A stretch of DNA of 8,647 bases, from assembly GCA_048886185.1 (NCBI GenBank), contig JBHLKY010000011.1:164862-173508 (forward strand), given 5' to 3'. Numbering within the stretch: position 1 is the first letter of the stretch; each line of letters begins with the position of its first letter. Shown one piece after another: positions 1-6,292 of the stretch. The notes beneath the pieces were generated by a model. The model did not search any database. It was given only the letters and a program-made list of their open reading frames with translations, and had not been told where the DNA came from. The translations under genes and the position numbers were made by a program. The DNA comes from Candidatus Hermodarchaeota archaeon (GTDB taxonomy: Archaea > Asgardarchaeota > Heimdallarchaeia > Hodarchaeales > Hodarchaeaceae).

Positions 1-417
1 GGGGGAGAACACCTGTCTGACGTGATAACGATTCAATGGTTACCAGCCGAGGATCTCTTCCACCATGAGGTAACATATTCCCTTTCATATTCTGCAGATA
101 ATGGGATTACATGGGTAATATTGGTATCCAACCTTATGGAAACAACATATCTGTGGGACAGTTCAATGGTTGCAGATGGTATTCAGTATCTCATTCAAGT
201 CAACGCGAGCTGTAACGAAGGGGCCTGGAGTGTTGTAACCTCTGATATTTTTACTATTGAGAATAATCCACCTACCACCAGTCACTCTTTAACTTTCATC
301 CCTACTCCTAGGACACCTATAAGCTTACAGTCAATTATTCAATTGCTTGGATTAGGGGGAATCCTTGTTTTTGCGACGATAGTCATGAGCATTATTAGAA
401 AACAGCAGGAAGGTTAA
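1..417 (+). CDS. 5'-truncated surface protein: last Ig/FN3-like (PNGGE-type) domain, S/T/P linker, C-terminal TM anchor with basic tail
   Basis: Frame 1 is open from base 1 (GGEHLSDVITIQW...), so the track's start at 22 is internal. Residues to ~264 align with the two C-terminal domains of 6293-8371 (about 50/89 identical to the second by hand count; shared TY-SYSAD-G-W, WDS-MVADG-QYLI, NASC-EG-W). Ends IIQLLGLGGILVFATIVMSIIRKQQEG*. Confidence 0.9.
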   Translation, partial: GGEHLSDVITIQWLPAEDLFHHEVTYSLSYSADNGITWVILVSNLMETTYLWDSSMVADGIQYLIQVNASCNEGAWSVVTSDIFTIENNPPTTSHSLTFIPTPRTPISLQSIIQLLGLGGILVFATIVMSIIRKQQEG

Positions 418-438
418 CAAACAAAAATAGGTACTAAA

Positions 439-464
439 TCCCCCCCAAATTTTCTTGGGGAGGA
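439..464 (+). terminator. Possible stem-loop just downstream of the 1-417 gene
   Basis: CCCCAA (443-448) pairs with TTGGGG (455-460) around a 6-nt loop, extendable by TCC/GGA after one mismatch, and is followed by pyrimidine-rich TTCTCTTTCTCCC. Function is unproven; the segment may instead be decayed coding sequence (see findings). Confidence 0.25.
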
Positions 465-606
465 GAATTCTCTTTCTCCCATGAAGGCGACAGATTTCTC
501 TGGCCATAGTAGCCAGGATAACTTGGAAGTATCCTGTTTTTTGTAGGTACTCTGGTGATGGTGATACGGAGACTACAAAAGGGGTAACTTATACAATTAG
601 AGAGTG

Positions 607-622
607 AATAAAAGTATAAATA
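607..622 (+). promoter_or_regulatory. Candidate archaeal BRE/TATA element
   Basis: Purine-rich AATAAAAG (607-614) directly followed by TATAAATA (615-622), upstream of the 675-842 remnant and the 858 gene. Confidence 0.35.
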
Positions 623-674
623 TTCGTTGAGTAAGGATATCTCAGACTACAAAAGCTACCTTGGTTGGGATTGA

Positions 675-842
675 ATGCTAAAGAGTTTCAGGATGATAGC
701 TGTAGTCCCAATAAATACTGCTAGCTCCTCTCTATAACATATCACTCCCCTTCTTCCTCTCCTCCAGATTGTAGGACTAGCTGCCATATTATTTTTCGTG
801 GTAACTGTGGTAATCATTATCCAACGACAATAAATAGGGTGA
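675..842 (+). pseudogene. Passenger-less remnant of the same C-terminal anchor family, with two in-frame TAA stops
   Basis: A single frame from ATG 675 to TGA 840-842 reads MLKSFRMIAVVPINTASSSL*HITPLLPLLQIVGLAAILFFVVTVVIIIQRQ*IG*. The second half aligns with TPLSLLPYIQILGISTILFFAITVVIIIRRRQLG* (858 gene) and LLPLIPVIGLSSILLFVVTLVIIIRRQQIQ* (6293 gene). TAA 831-833 sits where the 6293 gene has CAA (atcattatc caa cga caa TAA ata vs atcattatc cga cga caa CAA ata). Confidence 0.8.
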
Positions 843-857
843 CTCAAGGCATAGAAA

Positions 858-2753
858 ATGTTTTCTTATAAAAATAAGTTGTTGATTTACGTTTTAATGA
901 TAATTTTCTGTCTTTTCATAAAAAACTCGATCTCAGAACTCAATTCAGAACCCTTTGGCTTAGAATATAGGCAGCAAAAAGACATACAAGACCAGAATAA
1001 TAAGAAAAGACTTAATATTAAAACTGGTGGAGAAAAAAACCCTCCAGCATTTAAGAATTCAATTTTCCAGTCAAAAGCTCTTTTTATTGAAGACTTTGAT
1101 AGTACTAATTATCTGAATGAAACAGCAACAAATACAAGTGGATGGGGAGATGGCAGCATCCACCTTGGTATTGGAGGTCTTAAATCAGTAAATATGAAGG
1201 ATACAGGTCGTGCTTATGATATTCACGTCTGTGGGAACTATGCTTTTGTCGCAGCTTGGGGAAAAGGGTTGGGAATCATCGATATCAGTGACCCAACTAA
1301 TCTGAGTAAAGTAATTTATCGAAGGACTACTGGGAGTGCTCAAGGAATTTATATTCAAGACGATTTTGCATATCTAGCTACTGGAGATACTGGTTTGGCA
1401 ATCATTAACATAAGTGATCCATTTAACCCAGGAATACCCGTCTACAGAGACACAATTGGTGATGCGCAAGCAGTGTATGTTTGTGGGAATTATACCTATC
1501 TAGCACTTTGGAATGAAGGAGTAGCTATTATTAATACCACTGATCCTACTAACCCAGGTCCACCAACTTATAGAGACACGACTGGATATGCCTGTGACAT
1601 TCATGTCCACAATAATTTTATCTATGTCGCTGATCATTGGAATGGGGTAGCTATCATCAGCATTAGTGATCCTACTAATCCAGGTTATCCTGGCTACTAT
1701 GGCGTACATGGGGAAGTTTGGAGTGTATTTGTCCGAGACAATTACGCCTATGTTGCTGTTTTTGAAAACGGATTAGCAATTTTTGATATCAGCAATCCAT
1801 TTAACCCTGGGTCACCTATTTATAAAGACATCCAAGAATATTCGTATCCCCTTGATGTCTTTGTTGCGGGTGATTTTGCGTATTTAGCTGCCTCTAATAT
1901 TGGGAGCTTAGTAGCTATCAATATAAGCGATCCAGGTAACCCAGGAAACCCTATATACAAGTTCATATTCAACGAGTGCTCTGATGTATTTGTTAGTAGA
2001 GATTATGTTTATGTAACCCATCGTCTTTTTGGTTTTATGATTGTTGAGGCTGTTTGTCAAGCCTCACTTTCAGTAGCTCAATCAAATTCTTGTTACATGG
2101 GGGAAGGCTTTGTTCAAAATGTTACACTCAATGCAAACCAAACTGTTTATGTGAACACCAGCATAAAATATCAAATCTCAAGTGATGGTTATACTTGGAT
2201 CCCTTTAATCCTTAATGAAACTCACTCTTTTGTCACAAATCCTTATCATAGTCTGTATTGGCGAGTAATATTGGAAACTGAAAATATCAGTGGTTTATCT
2301 CCACAAATCGATTCCATTAAAATAGAGTTTGATGTTTATCTTGACGAGGATTCTCCGTACATTACTCTCATTAATGTTCTAAATAACTCCATTATTTCTA
2401 AGGGTACAATCATTGAATGTTCAATTAGTGACTTTACGCTTATCCAGAGCTGGTTCAATTGGGATAATGGATTTAATCTCTCATTGACTGAACCTTGGAC
2501 TATTGTATGTCCCCCTTTTTCTGAAGGATATCATTGGTTAAATCTGTACGCCAAAGATGTAATTGGGCATCAAACAAGAAATAGTTATCAATTTTGCATA
2601 AGTTCTCTATCTCATATGACGCTTTCAACACATTCCATTCCACGTGACACTCCCCTCTCCCTACTCCCTTACATCCAGATTTTGGGAATAAGCACTATAT
2701 TGTTCTTCGCGATCACAGTCGTCATCATTATCAGAAGACGACAATTAGGATGA
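858..2753 (+). CDS. Secreted, C-terminally anchored LVIVD-repeat (7-bladed beta-propeller) surface glycoprotein with beta-sandwich and Ig-like domains
   Basis: N-terminal basic + hydrophobic segment (KNKLLIYVLMIIFCLFIK). Seven ~42-aa LVIVD-type repeats at 1206-2054 (e.g. DIHVCGNYAFVAAWGKGLGIIDISDPTN). An Ig-like domain at ~2343-2600 (DSPYI...SD...WD...EGYHWLNLYAKD..G), then S/T linker, TM and RRRQLG tail. 14 N-x-S/T sequons counted by hand. Confidence 0.92.
   Translation: MFSYKNKLLIYVLMIIFCLFIKNSISELNSEPFGLEYRQQKDIQDQNNKKRLNIKTGGEKNPPAFKNSIFQSKALFIEDFDSTNYLNETATNTSGWGDGSIHLGIGGLKSVNMKDTGRAYDIHVCGNYAFVAAWGKGLGIIDISDPTNLSKVIYRRTTGSAQGIYIQDDFAYLATGDTGLAIINISDPFNPGIPVYRDTIGDAQAVYVCGNYTYLALWNEGVAIINTTDPTNPGPPTYRDTTGYACDIHVHNNFIYVADHWNGVAIISISDPTNPGYPGYYGVHGEVWSVFVRDNYAYVAVFENGLAIFDISNPFNPGSPIYKDIQEYSYPLDVFVAGDFAYLAASNIGSLVAINISDPGNPGNPIYKFIFNECSDVFVSRDYVYVTHRLFGFMIVEAVCQASLSVAQSNSCYMGEGFVQNVTLNANQTVYVNTSIKYQISSDGYTWIPLILNETHSFVTNPYHSLYWRVILETENISGLSPQIDSIKIEFDVYLDEDSPYITLINVLNNSIISKGTIIECSISDFTLIQSWFNWDNGFNLSLTEPWTIVCPPFSEGYHWLNLYAKDVIGHQTRNSYQFCISSLSHMTLSTHSIPRDTPLSLLPYIQILGISTILFFAITVVIIIRRRQLG
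1206..2054 (+). repeat. Seven tandem LVIVD coding repeats, ~126 nt (42 aa) period
   Basis: The first two repeats start at Gly codons 1206 and 1332; the motif [V/I]xVxxxYAYxAxxxxG[L/V]xIx[D/N]ISxPxNP recurs. Consistent with Pfam LVIVD (PF08309) from knowledge of the family; no search was run. Confidence 0.9.
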
Positions 2754-2780
2754 CAAGTAAAGATGAAAAAAACCCAAAAA

Positions 2781-2820
2781 TTCTTTCTCTTGTCTTCTCT
2801 GACAGATTTTTGTTTTATAT
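2781..2820 (+). terminator. Pyrimidine/oligo-T tract, candidate archaeal-type terminator for 858-2753
   Basis: TTCTTTCTCTTGTCTTCTCT...ATTTTTGTTTTATAT begins 28 nt after the stop codon. Confidence 0.35.
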
Positions 2821-3160
2821 CGTAAGAACATGCCTTATTTGGGACTCATAAATATCAATAATTTTTTCAACATCGGTTTGACTCGGTCTCAAAAAAACGC
2901 ATACCTAAACGGTTGGCTCAATCATGACCTACATTAGTAGTAATATCCACAGAAGCAGTAATAAAGCCAACTAATTCATTTGGAACAGAGGGAGTCTTAA
3001 AAAAGGAAAATGAATCTACATTCCCCGATTCTATAAAACATTATTTTATTCATTCTAGAGTATTTTTTTAAAAAAGTCATATAAATCTAGAAACCCTTTT
3101 AAGGTATAATACTATTAATACGGATATTTGTAGTGGTTATATTGAGAAGAGGGTTGCCAG

Positions 3161-4150
3161 ATGACAAAATATAGTAAATCAAGATTTGGAGCATTCTTTT
3201 TACTAGTTGGAATCGTATTTATCATAGTAGGTATCGGTCTCTTTCTAGGAATTGATATTTTAGGGGGATCAGAATCAGATACATCGCCAGAGCTAGGATG
3301 GATTAATGCACTACTTCTTTTTATCCTTGGAATTCCTTCTGCAGGTATTGGTTTCAAGCTTTTGCAATCTGGTTTACAACAAGGGGGGTGGGGTACCCCT
3401 CAAACCTCTGGCTCCAGTCTTTCTCAATATCAGGAACAGGGAATAATCGATCCGGAAATTCAGATTGATCAGGAAAATTTGTTAGAAATAGCTAAAAAAA
3501 CCTATATGGCTCCTCTTTTTATTCCTGAACAAAATAGCAATTATTATCACTCTACATTTGATCCTTTCGATTTATATTTTGCTCGAGACGCGGAAACACT
3601 GAAGATGGGTCAAATAACACTTGTCCACTCACAATGGTTTTTCGTTAAGCTATTATCAGCCAATCCTAGCTCAACAGACTTAACCTCGATCGCTCAAGCA
3701 AAAGAAAGGGTCATCGATGCTCTTAAATCCGTTTTTGATAGCCAACATAAAGATGATAGTGCATGGAAAGGCCGATCTAGTAATTACAGTCTTCACTTTT
3801 ATTATCTAGTTCATGGAGATCTATCACAGAGTGAATTGGCTCTTTTAGGAGACTTTCACAAAATTAAACATAAAGATCGGAGCTATCTCATTAATTACTA
3901 TTTGAATCTGAGGACTGGCGAATTAATATCATCAAAAGTAACTGGATTGACGGGAAGACCAGTCAAAAACTTCGCCAAATCAACAGGATTAAGCTTGATA
4001 GACACTATTATACAACAGATTCGAAGCTTAGATAAAATAACAACACGATATGAGGAAGCTCCACCTACAGTACTAACAGAAGAACCAACAGAGGCGAAGT
4101 CTACAACTAGATTGAAATATGAGGCAATATTCAAGAAAAAAACAGAGTAA
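3161..4150 (+). CDS. Hypothetical membrane protein: N-terminal 2-TM hairpin, Q/G/S-rich linker, ~230-aa soluble alpha/beta domain
   Basis: 329-aa ORF with purine-rich GAGAAGAGGG upstream. Two hydrophobic segments (FGAFFLLVGIVFIIVGIGLFLGI; LGWINALLLFILGIPSAGIGF). No family recognised with confidence. Confidence 0.88.
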   Translation: MTKYSKSRFGAFFLLVGIVFIIVGIGLFLGIDILGGSESDTSPELGWINALLLFILGIPSAGIGFKLLQSGLQQGGWGTPQTSGSSLSQYQEQGIIDPEIQIDQENLLEIAKKTYMAPLFIPEQNSNYYHSTFDPFDLYFARDAETLKMGQITLVHSQWFFVKLLSANPSSTDLTSIAQAKERVIDALKSVFDSQHKDDSAWKGRSSNYSLHFYYLVHGDLSQSELALLGDFHKIKHKDRSYLINYYLNLRTGELISSKVTGLTGRPVKNFAKSTGLSLIDTIIQQIRSLDKITTRYEEAPPTVLTEEPTEAKSTTRLKYEAIFKKKTE

Positions 4151-4203
4151 GAGATCAAGTTATACAACATTAAAAGGAGACACTTTCAAGAAGAGGAAAA
4201 GAC

Positions 4204-4323
4204 ATGGCTCAGGTTAATGGTGACACAATGCTCGTTGTTGGAGGAATAGCCATTTTAATCCCCTTTTGGACTTCTTTAACGAAATTCTTTCAAGACAATC
4301 GCTACCCCAGAAGTTCTTTGTAG
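4204..4323 (+). CDS. Possible 39-aa small membrane peptide (or 5' end of a decayed gene), below the ORF-track cutoff
   Basis: AAGAGGAAAAGAC precedes ATG 4204. Translation MAQVNGDTMLVVGGIAILIPFWTSLTKFFQDNRYPRSSL* has one hydrophobic stretch and fills an otherwise empty gap in the same orientation as 3161-4150. Confidence 0.35.
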   Translation: MAQVNGDTMLVVGGIAILIPFWTSLTKFFQDNRYPRSSL

Positions 4324-4447
4324 TGATTTCTGACAGTATCTTCAGTGACCGCTTTCACGGGTTAACGTGTCAACAGGTTGGTTAATCCTTCAGTTTATGG
4401 ATAATAACGAATTTACAAATGGAGTAGTGGGAGGAATTGGAATGAAG

Positions 4448-6142
4448 TCAGGCCACGTAGTGAGTCTGAGAAAACGCAAAACAAATTACTTCAAGAGCTT
4501 CATTGAGGAAAATTAATTGACTTGCTCTAATGATGTGCCCACTCATTGGTCCTGAAAACTGCTCGTAATGAAATTTCCCTAGAAAAATCCATTTTATTGG
4601 TGAATTATAATTATAACCAAACCCTCTGATATTACTAATCCTAATCCGGGTCCCATTATCCCACCAAATCAAAATGTCTGGACCATACGTTGAGACTTTC
4701 TTCCAAAATAAGGAAAATACTGGTGACTTTCGGGGACTTTCGATTAATGAAACTGACCATTTAAAATAATAATAATATGATGAACCACGAAATCGGCCAA
4801 TCGGCAGGGATGGTTTTTTCGTAATTCGTTTTAAGAAGGAATTCATGGTAGAATTGGTCATTAGATGAAGCTTGTCAAGACCCCCGCCAGTATCGGAAAT
4901 TCCAGTTATCTCAACTAGTGGTAAATTCTCCACATATTGAAGGATTCCCATATTAGCGATAGTAGCATCTCTAATGATGTAGGGGCCTTCAATATATGGT
5001 GATGGAAAGGCGTTTGGAAGAAAAAACGGAGAGATTGGTTGAGAAAAAAGTAAAAGAATCAAGACAACTATCAATCCAGTTATACTTCTAGAGGGTCTCA
5101 TTTTTACAGATTGACATATTCTTGTCCTATTTTTGAGCCAAAGTATGAATTTGGCCGTATAATTGGATACAGAGGCAGAGGACCCATCATAAGAAACCGT
5201 CATCCCCAGACATGCAGTATATCTCCGTGCTGTTCGCATTCCCAAAAGAGGGACAATAAGTAGTTGTGATATCCAACATGTGAGCAATAGCAGAAATTGT
5301 ACAAGAGGGAAATTGGGGAATTGATCTATTTTAAGGCCTGAAATAGCTATGATGAAAATCAGGAAGTTTGAGAAACAATTAGCTAGACCAAAAAGAGTTC
5401 CCAAGTCGACAGCTACACCTTGTTTAAGTAAAGGCTCTCGTCTCTTAAACAACAGAAAATTGTCATGAAATAGTAAAAACAACAATAAAATAATACTGTT
5501 ACTTATTAATAAGAATGTAGTGGGGGAGTTTTGAAGAAGTTCTACATAGACAGAATCTTCTAAAGAAAAAACAGATCTTCGAATTCCAAAACCAAAATTA
5601 AATGGGCCCTGAAGATAGAACGAAAATCGCCACAGTAAAGAGATGAAGATCCACAGGATGCCTAAAAATGGGACTAAAAAAACCAAGAAAGAATATCTTT
5701 CTTCCTTCCACCGGAAAATTAACTCCAACACAATACCAATGCAGATCAGCAATACAGCGAAAAGATCAAGAAAGAATGCTGAATAAAAAATCACATTGAT
5801 GAATGTTCCAATGTCCCAAATACCAGAATATAGGCCGAGACTATAATTGTTTATTCCTTGAAAATTCACGATAAGCGGGAGGAGGGGAATGAGAAGCAGG
5901 AGATTCTGGAAGTACCAGATTCGCCACCCCATTTTTCGTATTTCGAGAGGAGAATCAACTGTTATACTTTTCATATTCAACAAGCATTGTTTTGCGATAA
6001 ATGTTGATAATATATTCAAACGAGGAAATAAAAAATTTTCGAAAGAAGCAATAATCACTAAGGCGAAGATAAATTCTTTGAACTCTTGTTGAAATTCGGA
6101 TTCAGCTGTTAGAACTCCAACATCCATTTTGGATGAGAACAT
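4448..6142 (-). CDS. Hypothetical polytopic membrane protein (about 7-8 TM segments) with a C-terminal ~190-aa soluble domain
   Basis: 564-aa ORF with seven clear hydrophobic segments plus a possible N-terminal one (EFIFALVIIASF). After the last TM (ITGLIVVLILLLFSQPISPFF) is a polar beta-rich domain with sequons NST and NGT. The true start may be a downstream Met (MKSITV or MGWRIW). Confidence 0.88.
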   Translation of the reverse strand: MFSSKMDVGVLTAESEFQQEFKEFIFALVIIASFENFLFPRLNILSTFIAKQCLLNMKSITVDSPLEIRKMGWRIWYFQNLLLLIPLLPLIVNFQGINNYSLGLYSGIWDIGTFINVIFYSAFFLDLFAVLLICIGIVLELIFRWKEERYSFLVFLVPFLGILWIFISLLWRFSFYLQGPFNFGFGIRRSVFSLEDSVYVELLQNSPTTFLLISNSIILLLFLLFHDNFLLFKRREPLLKQGVAVDLGTLFGLANCFSNFLIFIIAISGLKIDQFPNFPLVQFLLLLTCWISQLLIVPLLGMRTARRYTACLGMTVSYDGSSASVSNYTAKFILWLKNRTRICQSVKMRPSRSITGLIVVLILLLFSQPISPFFLPNAFPSPYIEGPYIIRDATIANMGILQYVENLPLVEITGISDTGGGLDKLHLMTNSTMNSFLKRITKKPSLPIGRFRGSSYYYYFKWSVSLIESPRKSPVFSLFWKKVSTYGPDILIWWDNGTRIRISNIRGFGYNYNSPIKWIFLGKFHYEQFSGPMSGHIIRASQLIFLNEALEVICFAFSQTHYVA

Positions 6143-6233
6143 ATCCTACAATCTCATTCTAGGCGGATTGTTTTCCTTTATTCATCCGATAGAACGCAAC
6201 GCAAGAGTATTCGTGAGTTCATCAATATACAGA

Positions 6234-6250
6234 TAAAATAACCTTTTAAA
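6234..6250 (+). promoter_or_regulatory. Candidate BRE/TATA element for 6293-8371 within the divergent 6143-6292 spacer
   Basis: TAAAATAACC followed by TTTTAAA (6244-6250), about 43 nt before the TTG start; SD-like GAGGGA at 6281-6286. Confidence 0.3.
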
Positions 6251-6292
6251 GAAATAAAACCAATGAGTTCAAAGATACTTGAGGGATAGGAA

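Noticed and set aside
735-833. TAA-to-Gln recoding as an explanation for the two in-frame TAA codons
   Set aside because: Three intact genes in the window (ending 417, 4150, 8371) terminate at TAA, two of them exactly at the homologous end of the anchor, so TAA is a normal stop here.
738-842. Diversity-generating retroelement template/variable repeat pair (remnant vs gene 3' ends)
   Set aside because: Differences between the copies are numerous and not confined to adenine positions, and no reverse transcriptase is present in the window.
656-847. 63-aa minus-strand ORF (MSHPIYCRWIMITTVTTK...) resembling the 8017-8376 minus ORF (MNYCICCRRIMITRVTTK...)
   Set aside because: Both are antisense shadows of the + strand anchor sequence; their similarity reflects the + strand homology, not a minus-strand gene family.
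2880-3050. Stop-bounded, protein-like minus-strand text in the 2754-3160 spacer (…SGNVDSFSFFKTPSVPNELVGFITASVDITTNVGHD*)
   Set aside because: No in-frame start and no similarity to anything else in the window; cannot be distinguished from chance.
3053-3092. Inverted repeat TTCTAGA/TCTAGAA around a T7A6 run upstream of 3161
   Set aside because: Only 7 bp, based on a self-palindromic hexamer, and not co-centred with the inner T/A palindrome; expected by chance in AT-rich DNA.
5120-5212. Archaeosortase/exosortase-like 'AC-x-G ... N-x-x-R-I' pattern in the 4448-6142 protein (TACLG, NRTRI)
   Set aside because: In exosortases the Cys and Arg are separated by hydrophobic TM helices. Here the 30 intervening residues are mostly polar and lie in a basic, probably cytoplasmic loop. 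An HMM search with PF09721/TIGR04125 would be decisive; not supported by eye.
4448-6142. Rhodopsin or GPCR-like call based on ~7 TM segments
   Set aside because: No retinal-binding Lys motif in the last helix and no recognisable family motifs; TM count alone is insufficient.
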